From contig CP065016.1 of the NCBI GenBank assembly GCA_016700375.1, positions 1,080,001 to 1,112,000 of the forward strand: a DNA stretch of 32,000 nt, in the 5' to 3' direction. Position numbers and translations under genes: made by a program. Below the pieces are notes generated by a model that was not told the DNA's origin, ran no database searches, and was given only the letters and a program-made list of their open reading frames with translations. This document shows, piece by piece, positions 7,399 to 16,319 of the stretch. The stretch comes from Candidatus Saccharimonadota bacterium. GTDB taxonomy: Bacteria > Patescibacteriota > Saccharimonadia > Saccharimonadales > UBA4665. How positions within the stretch are numbered: position 1 is the stretch's first letter; every line of letters begins with the position of its first letter.

Positions 7399-8718
7399 AT
7401 GCTTGATAAGGTCAAGGTTCTTAAAGATAGTGCTGCTGCTATGGCTACAAAGGCCAAAACTCGGGTTAAGCGCGGGAAAGAGGCTGGCCCGCCAGAAAAG
7501 TATCTCGTTGCACTCGATATAGGCACAGAGTACGTGAAGGCACTGATAGCGCGCGTGACTGATGAGGCCATCGACATCATCGGTACTGGCAGGGCACGTC
7601 AAAAGCTTAGCGATATGCAGGCAGGAGCTATTGCGGACATCGGCGGAGTGGTCGAAAACTGTGACGCTGCGCTCAACGAGGCCGAACAGCAGGCAGGTGT
7701 GAGTGTGCGAAGCGCAGTTATTGGTATAGCTGGTGAGTTAGTGAAGGGGACCACTACCACCGTAAGAGTTGTGCGCAAAACGCCGGAAAGGGCTATGGAT
7801 ATGCCCGAAGTTGAGCGCATTATCAAACTCGTTCAGCAACGGGCCGAAGCAAAGGCAAAGCAACAGCTTGCCTGGGAGCTGGGCGGTAAGGACGTTAGTG
7901 TGCGTCTGGTGAATAGTGCGCTCGTTGGTATGGAAATAGACGGCTACCCCGTCACAAACCCAGTCGGTTTTCAGGGCAAGGACGTACTCGTGCAGCTCTA
8001 CACCGCTTTTGCGCCACTGATACACATTGGTGCGTTAGAACGCACAGCGGAACAGCTAGACCTTGACCTGGTGGCGGTGGCGGCCGAACCATTTGCCGTG
8101 GCTCGTTCGGTCATTGGAGACGACCAGTCGGCCAGTATGAGCGCCATACTGATGGACGTGGGTGGTGGTACTACGGACATTGCTGTGGTAAATGACGGAG
8201 GCGTACAGGGAACAAAGATGTTTGGCATAGGTGGCCGGGCATTTACGAGAGCTATTGAGCGTGACCTAGGCGTAGAGTTTGATGATGCCGAACAGCTGAA
8301 GTTGGGTCTCGCAGTGAATAGTGTGCCTACGCAAAAAGTTGCCGCAGTCGAAGAGGCGCTTTCAAAAGTACTCGATGTGTGGGTCGACGGCGTTGAACTG
8401 GCGCTGAGCGAATTTACCAAGCTTGACCATTTGCCGCACCGTTTGTACCTGTGTGGGGGCGGTTCAAGTTTGCAAATGTTGGTTGACCGTTTACACGACA
8501 GCGACTGGTATACAAAACTGCCGTTTACCCGTAAGCCTATCATCGAACATATTCATCCTGACCAAGTAGTAGGCATAATTGACCAGAGCGGCAAAGTGAA
8601 AGACCATACGTATGTAACGGCTATGGGCCTGCTGCGAGTAGGACTCGATACGGTACAATATACCGGTACGAGCGGCGATAGCATAAAAGAAAAGCTGGAT
8701 AGGATTCTCCATGTCTGA
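7399..8718 (+). CDS. Actin-fold ATPase of the FtsA/PilM family
   Basis: Phosphate-1 motif ALDIGTEYVKA, phosphate-2 motif LMDVGGGTTDIAVV, FGIGGRAFTRAIERDLG..AEQLK and the adenosine motif LYLCGGGSSL. The stop overlaps the next start (ATGTCTGA). Confidence 0.85.
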   Translation: MLDKVKVLKDSAAAMATKAKTRVKRGKEAGPPEKYLVALDIGTEYVKALIARVTDEAIDIIGTGRARQKLSDMQAGAIADIGGVVENCDAALNEAEQQAGVSVRSAVIGIAGELVKGTTTTVRVVRKTPERAMDMPEVERIIKLVQQRAEAKAKQQLAWELGGKDVSVRLVNSALVGMEIDGYPVTNPVGFQGKDVLVQLYTAFAPLIHIGALERTAEQLDLDLVAVAAEPFAVARSVIGDDQSASMSAILMDVGGGTTDIAVVNDGGVQGTKMFGIGGRAFTRAIERDLGVEFDDAEQLKLGLAVNSVPTQKVAAVEEALSKVLDVWVDGVELALSEFTKLDHLPHRLYLCGGGSSLQMLVDRLHDSDWYTKLPFTRKPIIEHIHPDQVVGIIDQSGKVKDHTYVTAMGLLRVGLDTVQYTGTSGDSIKEKLDRILHV

Positions 8719-10552
8719 TGAAAATAAGATAGTCGTGAAAGCGGGCAAGCCGAAGCTTAAATCGCCAAAGCCTGTTAAGCAAAAACCTGTCCGCAAACCA
8801 ATCGCGGCACTGACTCCTTCGCCGAAGCTAAGTACGGTTACTGGCACAACAGCAAAAGAAACATTGTATGTTGATGTTGACGACGAAATCACGGCCATAA
8901 TTGAGAGGGTCAAGAGCGCAAAGGGCGGCATCATTGCATTGGTATTGCCAAAACGTGCGATGGTACTACAAAGCATTGTCAATATGCGACTACTGAAACG
9001 TGCCGCTGAGTCCGAAAAGAAGAATCTTGTTCTTGTGACGTCAGAGGCGAGCCTTTTGCCGCTTGCAGGGCTTATTGGTATGCACGTTGCTGAAACACCT
9101 TCGAGCAAGCCAACTATTCCTCCGCGTCCAGACATGCCGAGCGATGAACCCGAAAGTGTGGATGAGCCTCTCTCAGTCGCGGACAGTACCGCGAACTCAG
9201 ACGAAGAATTCAATGCAGAGACGGCCGCCACAACACCCATTGGTGAGTTGGCCGGCATGACGCCTGTTGCTGATGAGCCGAGTGAAGAAGTTATTATTGA
9301 TGACGGTACCGAGCTAGGCAAAACCACGGGCGAAGACAAACCGAATGTAACGCCCGTAAAGAAGAATAAAAAGCTGGCCGTACCTAATTTTGATGCGTTT
9401 CGTCTGCGCGTTGCTTTGATTATCCTTGGGGTTATTGCGCTTATTGTGGGCTGGGTGTTTGCGACGAAAGTTTTGCCGAAGGCAACAGTAGTTATTCAAA
9501 CAAACTCACAGGTCGTAAAGAGTAATCTAAGCCTTACACTCAACACCGCTGCAAAGCAACTCGACGAGGAAAATAAGATTGTTCCGGCAACCGCACAGAC
9601 CCAACAGAAGAGCTATACTCAGCAAATCGCGACAACTGGCCAGCTGAACAAGGGTCAAAAAGCAACCGGCAAAGTTTTACTCACAAACTGCAGCGCAAGC
9701 GGGAATACCATTACGGTGCCAACAGGAACTAGTGTGAGTTCTGGCGGTATGACCTACATAACGCAGTCGACAGCTGTGTTGGATACAAGTGCTTTTACGA
9801 GTGGCGGGGTATGCAAGAGCTTGAGCGACACTTCGGCAACGGTGTCGGTTACGGCCCTAAAGCCAGGCGTATCATATAACATTGCAGCGTCGACATTTAC
9901 CCTTTCGCTCAACAATGTCACCGCCAAGTCATCTACGGCATTTTCCGGCGGGACAGACGAAATCGTCAAGGTTGTCGCCCAGGCTGACATAGACGCGGCA
10001 AAGGCGAAAATCTCCACCCAAGACACAGCGCAGTTAAAACAAGACATGGAGGCGGCGCTGCGAGCAAAAGGGGTTTTGCCCATACCGTCGACCTTTTTAG
10101 CTGGCGAACAACAGGTAACTCCAAGTGCAAACCCGGGTGAAACAGCAGATATTGTGACGGTAAGTGCTGTAGTGCCTTACAGCATGCTTGGTATAAAACA
10201 ACTCGATTTGCAGGCACTTGTCGTTGCAAATGTGAACGAGCAAATTGACAGCAAAAAGCAAAAAATTCTCGACGACGGTATCGCCAAGGCAGTGTTTACG
10301 CAGCAAACTCCTGGTTCGGCGACAAGCGCCGTTGTCAGCGTGCGAGTGGAATCGGTCGCTGGCCCAGAGCTCAACGTTGAAGAACTCAAGAAGCAGGTTG
10401 CAAGCAAGAAAGCAAACGAAATAAAGCAAACTATTGGTGCGCTTCCGGGTGTTACCGATGTGCAGGTAAGCTACGGGCCGTTCTGGGTATCTACTGCTCC
10501 GAAAGACACAACTAAAATCACCATTACAGTGGTAAAACCAACTACTAAGTAA
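8711..10552 (+). CDS. Bitopic membrane protein with a Lys/Pro-rich N-terminus, a cytoplasmic domain, one TM helix, and an extracytoplasmic baseplate-J (gp47)-like beta-rich domain
   Basis: TM segment LRVALIILGVIALIVGWVFATKVL. The outer region has ATGKVLLTN...ITVPTGTSVSSGGMTYITQ...VSVTALKPGVSYNI...FSGGTDE, resembling baseplate J family signatures (from memory, not searched). It overlaps the upstream ATPase gene by 8 nt. Confidence 0.8.
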   Translation: MSDENKIVVKAGKPKLKSPKPVKQKPVRKPIAALTPSPKLSTVTGTTAKETLYVDVDDEITAIIERVKSAKGGIIALVLPKRAMVLQSIVNMRLLKRAAESEKKNLVLVTSEASLLPLAGLIGMHVAETPSSKPTIPPRPDMPSDEPESVDEPLSVADSTANSDEEFNAETAATTPIGELAGMTPVADEPSEEVIIDDGTELGKTTGEDKPNVTPVKKNKKLAVPNFDAFRLRVALIILGVIALIVGWVFATKVLPKATVVIQTNSQVVKSNLSLTLNTAAKQLDEENKIVPATAQTQQKSYTQQIATTGQLNKGQKATGKVLLTNCSASGNTITVPTGTSVSSGGMTYITQSTAVLDTSAFTSGGVCKSLSDTSATVSVTALKPGVSYNIAASTFTLSLNNVTAKSSTAFSGGTDEIVKVVAQADIDAAKAKISTQDTAQLKQDMEAALRAKGVLPIPSTFLAGEQQVTPSANPGETADIVTVSAVVPYSMLGIKQLDLQALVVANVNEQIDSKKQKILDDGIAKAVFTQQTPGSATSAVVSVRVESVAGPELNVEELKKQVASKKANEIKQTIGALPGVTDVQVSYGPFWVSTAPKDTTKITITVVKPTTK

Positions 10553-10554
10553 CC

Positions 10555-10980
10555 ATGGCGGCTTACGAGTACATACTGGCGATTGACTATGGCTCGAAAC
10601 GAGTGGGACTCGCTATTGCCCACAAAATTGCACGGTTGCCTCGACCCCTTACCACGCTACAAGCATCGGAACATCTGTTAGTAGCGATACAGCGTATCAT
10701 TGTCGAGGAGAGTATAGGGCTCGTAGTGGTGGGCGTGCCGCACAATATGGATGGCAGCGAAAGCAAACAGAGTCAACTATGTGCCGCATTTGCCCGAGAG
10801 CTCAGCAGTGTTTTGACCATACCTGTACGAACTGCTGACGAGACGCTTTCCAGCGAAGAGGCCGAATCAGCCTTGCGAGCCATGGGCAAGGACTACTCAA
10901 AATCAGACGTAGACGCCATGTCAGCAGCTGTAATACTCGAGCGATATTTTGATGAAGGAGGAGATAATAATGGCATATAA
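10555..10980 (+). CDS. ruvX: YqgF/RuvX putative pre-16S rRNA nuclease / Holliday junction resolvase-like protein
   Basis: ILAIDYGSKRVGLAIA N-terminal motif, 141 aa. It starts 2 nt after the previous stop. Confidence 0.9.
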   Translation: MAAYEYILAIDYGSKRVGLAIAHKIARLPRPLTTLQASEHLLVAIQRIIVEESIGLVVVGVPHNMDGSESKQSQLCAAFARELSSVLTIPVRTADETLSSEEAESALRAMGKDYSKSDVDAMSAAVILERYFDEGGDNNGI

Positions 10981-12031
10981 AATGCATGGATTTGCCGCAA
11001 AACATAGACCCAAACGAAGTGTTTGGAAGATTGTTTTTGGCGGCATAGCAGTACTGCTCGTAGGAGTCCTTGTTGCAGGGCTTTTGTTTTGGCGAAGCTA
11101 CCAGGCAGGTTTAAGGCCCGTTGGTGGCACCGGAGCAGAAACGGTCGCAATCGAACAGGGGGATTCGGTTCAGAGCATTGCAAAAAAGCTCAAAACAGCG
11201 GGACTAATCCGGAGCGAAACGGCATTTCAGTACTATGCACGATTTCATAAAGTCAGCCGGTATCTGCAGGCCGGTTCTTACGAAATAAGTCAAAATCAGG
11301 GTGTACCGGAAATCGTTTCACAGCTCACGAGGGGTAAGGTGGCAACAACCCTCGTAACCATACTTCCCGGCAAGCGGCTTGACCAAATCCGTCAAGCACT
11401 CGTTGACCAAGGATTTCCGGAAAAAGAGGTCGACGAGGCGCTTGTATCGTCACAGTACGAAAACAATGCTGTCTTTCGCGGAAAACCGACAGGCACAAAC
11501 CTAGAGGGCTATCTTTTCCCCGAAACATTCCAGCGCACTGCTTCAACCAAAGCAAAGGACATCGTAGAACAGTCAATTCTACAGCTGCAAAAGAACATAA
11601 CACCAGAAATAGAGACAGGCTTTAAAGCGCAGGGGCTTACGGTGTACGAAGGCATCGTCTTAAGCTCTATTGTTGAAAGAGAAGTCATTCACCCCGAGGA
11701 CAAGGCGCAAGCGGCGCAGGTGTTTATAAAGCGGCTAGAGATAGGAATGCCGCTCGGCAGTGACGTTACCGCACATTACGGCTCAATTTTGGCCGGTAAG
11801 GGGAAAGATGTGACGTATGACAGCCCGTACAACACCCGTTTGCATACGGGCCTCCCGCCAACACCGATTAGTAATGTTAGTAAAAGTTCTCTTCAGGCGG
11901 TAGCGCGCCCTGCCGCAACCGAATGGCTCTTTTTTGTCAGCGGCGATAACGGAACGACATATTTTTCCAAGACCTTAGCTGAACACGAGGCATTAGCTGC
12001 AAAATACTGCCACAAATTGTGCGAAGAATAA
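10970..12031 (+). CDS. mltG: Endolytic murein transglycosylase MltG (YceG-like)
   Basis: N-terminal TM helix plus EGYLFPETF, SSIVEREV and SPYNTRLHTGLPPTPISN signatures. I prefer ATG 10970 (SD GGAGGAG at 10957-10963) over the track start 10949. Confidence 0.9.
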   Translation: MAYKMHGFAAKHRPKRSVWKIVFGGIAVLLVGVLVAGLLFWRSYQAGLRPVGGTGAETVAIEQGDSVQSIAKKLKTAGLIRSETAFQYYARFHKVSRYLQAGSYEISQNQGVPEIVSQLTRGKVATTLVTILPGKRLDQIRQALVDQGFPEKEVDEALVSSQYENNAVFRGKPTGTNLEGYLFPETFQRTASTKAKDIVEQSILQLQKNITPEIETGFKAQGLTVYEGIVLSSIVEREVIHPEDKAQAAQVFIKRLEIGMPLGSDVTAHYGSILAGKGKDVTYDSPYNTRLHTGLPPTPISNVSKSSLQAVARPAATEWLFFVSGDNGTTYFSKTLAEHEALAAKYCHKLCEE

Positions 12032-12046
12032 CAGGGGTAGATTGAA

Positions 12047-12213
12047 CCTCACGGTCTGACCCACACTCACTTTTTACTCCTGTGTCATCCCGACCCCCGT
12101 ATCAAGTACGGGGTAAACTCCGTGGAGGGATCTCGTTAGGCGTACATCAGACGGGATCTTTCGGCTTCGCTCAGGATGACATTCAAAAAGTGAGTGTGGG
12201 TCAGCCTCACGGT
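12047..12213 (+). mobile_element. MITE-like repeat, copy B (element 12056-12204, 149 bp) with a perfect 9-bp target-site duplication
   Basis: It has the same 20-bp TIRs as copy A. The direct repeat cctcacggt occurs at 12047-12055 and 12205-12213. Relative to copy A, 26 nt replace gga, giving an extra perfect hairpin ccccgta-tcaag-tacgggg (12095-12113). Confidence 0.75.
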
Positions 12214-12240
12214 TGCAAGAACAGGCAAATTTGCTATACT
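12213..12240 (+). promoter_or_regulatory. Strong promoter for the LysM-CHAP gene: TTGCAA, 16-nt spacer, TGcTATACT
   Basis: TTGCAA at 12213-12218 starts at the last base of the MITE TSD. TG at 12232-12233 and TATACT at 12235-12240. This predicts a leader of about 120-150 nt. Confidence 0.6.
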
Positions 12241-12366
12241 ACACATCATAGCCATCAGTACGATGGTTATGCTTTTATGCGTACCTAGCGATATAAACAA
12301 GGTACCCGGTACCGCAGTAACAGTAACGTAAAACGCGCATAAGAGTCTCAGGCTAACCGGTTCAAT

Positions 12367-13503
12367 TTGAACATAGGCGCCAGGAGAAAAATCATTAGCA
12401 TGTACAATCCGCGGTCAATTGCTGCCGAACGTCTCCAGCGGGGACGAAAACTGGCAAGTAATCGACTTCAGAAATCATTACGCCGCAAGGCTGTTAAAAA
12501 ACGGTTGGTTCGCCTTGGACTTGTAGGGGCAAATCTAGTACTTTTAGGCGGAGTGCTCTTCTTTGTTGTTACCAGCTCCCATTCCCATACCGATGCCAAT
12601 CTTTCATCGCAAACCACCGCAGAAACGGTCGCGGTCAGCCCCGTCGATAGGCTGACTTCTTTTGATGTTGCCGCAAACATTGCTAAAACCGTCAACCTTC
12701 CCGAACGCACCCCCATCGCAAACCAGGCGCAGAGTGCTCGTGTTGCGGTGGTTGTAAGTGCTAGTGACACGAGTGTCGCTGCAAAGCCGCAGGTTATCAC
12801 GGCCGGTCTCAAGAGCTGGCGCGATATAGCCGAATACACCGTTGCTGCCGGGGAAAATGTGCCTGCCGTCGCACAGAAATTTGGTATCACCTCCGAAAGT
12901 GTTCGCTGGTCAAACGGTCTCAGTGGCGATAGTGTTACTCCTGGCACAAAGCTCATAATTCCTCCGGTAAGCGGCCTTGTCTACACTGTTAAAACCGGAG
13001 ACACACCGCAAAGTGTGGCTACGGCGTACCATACGTCTGCAGAAAAAATTGTTCAGGACAACGATGCCGAAAACGGCCTACCCGTCGGCAAGCGTATTCT
13101 GGTGCGCGACGGAAAAATTATACCGGTTGTAACGCGTACCTACACGAATGCAACGTCCGTATATGCCACTAGTTTTTCACCTCGCTACGGTGCAAATGGC
13201 TACGACTGGGGGTGGTGCACATACTATGCTGCTGCTCGTTCCGGTGCACCTGGCAACTGGGGTAACGCCAATACGTGGGCGTATTATGCACGGCTAAGCG
13301 GTTGGCGCGTCAGTTCAGTCCCCACAGCCGGCGCTATTTTCCAGACACCTGCTGGTTGGGCGGGGCACGTTGGTATTGTTGAGGAAGTGTACGATAACGG
13401 CACTATGAAAGTTAGTGACATGAACGGCTTTGCTGGCTTCGGCCGAGTCGGTTACGCGGTTGTTTCAGTCGGGGCCTACCCGAACTATATTAGTCGGAGT
13501 TAG
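12367..13503 (+). CDS. Secreted or membrane-anchored peptidoglycan hydrolase with two LysM repeats and a C-terminal CHAP domain
   Basis: TM helix LGLVGANLVLLGGVLFFVV. LysM-like YTVAAGENVPAVAQKFGI...GTKLIIP and YTVKTGDTPQSVATAY...GKRILV. CHAP-like WGWCTYYAA...GHVGIVEEV...SDMN. The start is ambiguous (TTG 12367 or ATG 12400). Confidence 0.85.
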   Translation: MNIGARRKIISMYNPRSIAAERLQRGRKLASNRLQKSLRRKAVKKRLVRLGLVGANLVLLGGVLFFVVTSSHSHTDANLSSQTTAETVAVSPVDRLTSFDVAANIAKTVNLPERTPIANQAQSARVAVVVSASDTSVAAKPQVITAGLKSWRDIAEYTVAAGENVPAVAQKFGITSESVRWSNGLSGDSVTPGTKLIIPPVSGLVYTVKTGDTPQSVATAYHTSAEKIVQDNDAENGLPVGKRILVRDGKIIPVVTRTYTNATSVYATSFSPRYGANGYDWGWCTYYAAARSGAPGNWGNANTWAYYARLSGWRVSSVPTAGAIFQTPAGWAGHVGIVEEVYDNGTMKVSDMNGFAGFGRVGYAVVSVGAYPNYISRS

Positions 13504-13511
13504 GCTACCTC

Positions 13512-13520
13512 TGTTATAAT
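13512..13520 (+). promoter_or_regulatory. Extended -10 element TGtTATAAT for obg
   Basis: A 6-nt gap (acccac) with no SD precedes GTG 13527. Confidence 0.5.
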
Positions 13521-13526
13521 ACCCAC

Positions 13527-14798
13527 GTGAAGTTTATAGACACGGCTGAAGTACGAGTTGTAGCGGGCGATGGTGGCAACGGCCGAACCAGTTTTCGTAA
13601 AGAAAAATTCGTTGACCGAGGTGGACCAGACGGTGGCGACGGCGGCAAGGGCGGCGATATTGTTTTTGTGGCCAGCCGAAACCAAAACACGCTCATGGAC
13701 TTTCGTTATCACCGCGAACTCACGGCAGAACGTGGGGGTGACGGCGGCAAGACACGCAAGCATGGACGGGGTGGTAAAGACCTTCGTGTCGCTGTGCCGG
13801 TCGGTACGGTTGTCTCTGAGGACGGTAGAGAACTTGTGGATTTGTCGCAAGATGGGCAAGAGGCAATCATTGCAGCTGGGGGCCGTGGCGGGTATGGAAA
13901 TGCCCACTTTGTGAGTAGCGTTAGGCAGGCGCCAAAATTTGCCGAGCCAGGTGGCGAGGGCGAAGCGCGTAATCTTCGGCTTGAACTCAAACTTATTGCC
14001 GATGTTGGGCTTGTGGGTCTGCCAAATGCCGGCAAGTCTACACTATTGTCGGTGGTGAGCAACGCGCGTCCAGAAATAGCCGACTACCCATTTACAACGC
14101 TTACACCGAACCTCGGAGTTGCCGACCTCCCGGGGGCTGGCAGTATGCTAATTGCCGATATACCTGGTCTAATCGAAGGTGCTGCCGAGGGCAAAGGCTT
14201 GGGCGACGAATTTCTCCGGCACGTTGAACGCACGGCAGTCCTCCTGCATTTGGTCGACGCGACCAGCAATGATATCGTTACGGACTACAAAACCATAGAA
14301 AATGAAGTGAAAGCCTACTCTGTAGATTTGTCATCCCGGACGAAAATAGTCGTACTTACCAAGGTTGACCTTAGTCTGCCTGAGCTCGTTATTGAAGCCG
14401 AAAAGGCGCTAGCCAAAGCAACTCCCAAGGGTACGCAAATATTTGCAATATCGTCGCAAGCGCACCAGGGTACCAAAGAATTGCTCTATGCCACGCTCAA
14501 GCTTGTCCAAGAGGAACGAGCAAAAACTGCAGCCGCAGTCAAAGAGTCCGAAGATGCCTTGCCTGTGCTTCGTCTGACAACCACAGACAAATGGACGGTT
14601 GAAAAAAACGAGAACGGCTACAAAGCATTTGGCGGACGGATTGACAAATTTGCTGCCCGTACCGACTTTACGAACGAAGAATCAGTTCGGCGCTTCCGTG
14701 ATATCTTGAAGAAAATGGGAGTCCTGCACGCGCTGTCCCGCAAGGGTGCTAAACCCGGAGATACGGTGCGTTTTATTACCGGCGAAACAGAGTTTTGA
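13527..14798 (+). CDS. obg: GTPase Obg/CgtA with a C-terminal OCT domain
   Basis: Glycine-rich Obg fold MKFIDTAEVRVVAGDGGNG...GGPDGGDGGKGGD, G1 GLPNAGKST, G3 DIPGLIEGA, G4 TKVD. GTG start. Confidence 0.95.
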   Translation: MKFIDTAEVRVVAGDGGNGRTSFRKEKFVDRGGPDGGDGGKGGDIVFVASRNQNTLMDFRYHRELTAERGGDGGKTRKHGRGGKDLRVAVPVGTVVSEDGRELVDLSQDGQEAIIAAGGRGGYGNAHFVSSVRQAPKFAEPGGEGEARNLRLELKLIADVGLVGLPNAGKSTLLSVVSNARPEIADYPFTTLTPNLGVADLPGAGSMLIADIPGLIEGAAEGKGLGDEFLRHVERTAVLLHLVDATSNDIVTDYKTIENEVKAYSVDLSSRTKIVVLTKVDLSLPELVIEAEKALAKATPKGTQIFAISSQAHQGTKELLYATLKLVQEERAKTAAAVKESEDALPVLRLTTTDKWTVEKNENGYKAFGGRIDKFAARTDFTNEESVRRFRDILKKMGVLHALSRKGAKPGDTVRFITGETEF

Positions 14799-14861
14799 TA
14801 TTCCGAGTACACCCTATGGGCATGGTTCACTCAAGGCGAGCTGTTTCCTCAAAGGTCATCA

Positions 14862-14870
14862 TGGTAGACT
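14862..14870 (+). promoter_or_regulatory. Extended -10 element TGgTAGACT for sbcB
   Basis: A 6-nt gap (gaaaac) with no SD precedes GTG 14877. Confidence 0.5.
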
Positions 14871-14876
14871 GAAAAC

Positions 14877-16319
14877 GTGAGCAATCAAACTTTTTTTTGG
14901 TATGACCTTGAGACATCTGGTATAAACCCGCGTGATGACCGAGTGATGCAGTTTGCCGGGCAGCGGACCGACCTGCATTTGGAACCCATAGGTGAACCGG
15001 TCAATATACTTATTCGTCTGGGCGAAGATATCCTGCCTGAACCCGACGCAGTGCTCTTAACCGGCATAACTCCACAACAAACGCTGGCGGACGGGGTCAC
15101 TGAGCTTGAGTTTTTGAAAATTTTTTACGACACTGTCGCAATTCCCAGTACAGTTTTCGTCGGCTTCAATAGTATTCGCTTTGACGATGAATTTATGCGC
15201 TACCTTAACTACCGAAATTTCTATGACCCGTATGAATGGCAGTGGAAGGACAGGCGAAGTCGCTGGGATTTGCTGGATGTGGTGCGCATGACACGAGCGC
15301 TGCGACCAGAAGGCTTGCAGTGGCCGGTTGTTGATGGCAAGCCCGGCAACCGCCTAGAGATGCTTACCAAGGCTAACGGCATTGAACATAGTAACGCTCA
15401 TGACGCACTTGCAGATGTAACTGCTAGCATAGCACTTGCCAGACTTATTCAGACACAACAGCCAAAACTGTTCCAGTGGTTGCTCGAGTACCGCGATAAA
15501 TCTAAGGTGAAGCAGCTTGTCGAGTCGAAGGAGCCATTTGTGTATAGTAGCGGTAAGTACGACGCAGAGTTCGATAAAACGACCGTTGCCGTACAGCTCT
15601 GCGAACACCCCAAAAAACAGGGCTCACTCGTTTATGATTTGCGCTATGACCCAACACTGTTTCTCGATATGGATGCCAAGACGCTCGCAGAGCGTTGGCG
15701 TTGGACAAGAGAGCCAAATGCACCAGCTCGCCTGCCGGTTAAAACTATGCAGTACAACCGCTGCCCTGCTGTTGCGCCGCTGAGTGTGCTTGACACGGCT
15801 TCGCAGGATAGGATTCAGTTACGACACGAAACTATAGCAGCGAACCATAAAATTCTTTTAAAGCACCCAGAATTTGTTGGTGCCGTTCAGGGGGCACTAA
15901 CTATTCTCGATACTGAACAAATTAGTCGGCAACAGGCTAAAACGCAAACTGTCGATGCTCGCCTGTACGACGGGTTTTTTGACAGTCACGACGGAAACTT
16001 ACTCGGTGTCGTGCGCGCTTCGGAGCCGACGGAGCTGACGCCAGAGCTGGCGGCTCGTTTCCACGATGAACGCCTCAGAGACTTGTTCCCACTGTTCAAG
16101 GCGCGCAACTACTCGCGTAGCTTGAGTCACGAGGAGCGTTCGGCTTGGGAGGTGCACCGATACCATGCGCTGTTTGATGGTGGCGAACAAAGCCGATTGA
16201 GTCAGTTTATGCACCGCTTGACTGAATTGTCCGCCCGGGAAACGGCCAAAAATAAACATTTTCTGCTTGAAGAGCTGCAGCTGTACGCCGAAAGTATTTT
16301 TCCAAGCCAAGAGATGTGA
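14877..16319 (+). CDS. sbcB: Exodeoxyribonuclease I (DEDDh 3'-5' exonuclease)
   Basis: FFWYDLETSGINPRDDRVMQFAGQRTD (Exo I motif), FNSIRFDDEF (Exo II) and HSNAHDALADV (Exo III, DEDDh). At 480 aa it matches the ExoI size. Confidence 0.9.
   Translation: MSNQTFFWYDLETSGINPRDDRVMQFAGQRTDLHLEPIGEPVNILIRLGEDILPEPDAVLLTGITPQQTLADGVTELEFLKIFYDTVAIPSTVFVGFNSIRFDDEFMRYLNYRNFYDPYEWQWKDRRSRWDLLDVVRMTRALRPEGLQWPVVDGKPGNRLEMLTKANGIEHSNAHDALADVTASIALARLIQTQQPKLFQWLLEYRDKSKVKQLVESKEPFVYSSGKYDAEFDKTTVAVQLCEHPKKQGSLVYDLRYDPTLFLDMDAKTLAERWRWTREPNAPARLPVKTMQYNRCPAVAPLSVLDTASQDRIQLRHETIAANHKILLKHPEFVGAVQGALTILDTEQISRQQAKTQTVDARLYDGFFDSHDGNLLGVVRASEPTELTPELAARFHDERLRDLFPLFKARNYSRSLSHEERSAWEVHRYHALFDGGEQSRLSQFMHRLTELSARETAKNKHFLLEELQLYAESIFPSQEM

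Noticed and set aside
7998-9339. Long minus-strand ORFs (181 aa and 282 aa) antisense to the ftsA-like and 613-aa genes. Similar cases occur at 12468-12956, 13500-14062, 21675-22034 and 30716-31234.
   Set aside because: These are shadow ORFs opposite well-supported genes with recognisable motifs. Their composition is low-complexity and rich in Ser, Ala, Arg and Leu, and they have no promoter or SD.
8711-10552. Baseplate-J-like domain as evidence of a prophage or tailocin
   Set aside because: There are no sheath, tube, tape-measure, portal or terminase genes nearby. The protein has a TM anchor and sits in an operon with an actin-like ATPase, ruvX and mltG.
12082-12288. A 68-aa ORF (MSSRPPYQVRGKLRGG...FAQDDIQKVSVGQ) in the mltG/LysM-CHAP spacer
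   Set aside because: It lies almost entirely inside MITE-like copy B and is a translation of the repeat hairpin. The equivalent frame in copy A is not open in the same way, and there are no start signals.
12241-12366. A possible riboswitch (for example c-di-AMP ydaO-type, often found before cell-wall hydrolase genes) in the 120-150-nt LysM-CHAP leader
   Set aside because: I saw only small local palindromes (ggtacc x2, aaccggtt, and a 7-bp hairpin at about 12250-12268) and none of the conserved ydaO core strings I remember. A covariance-model scan would be needed before making any claim.
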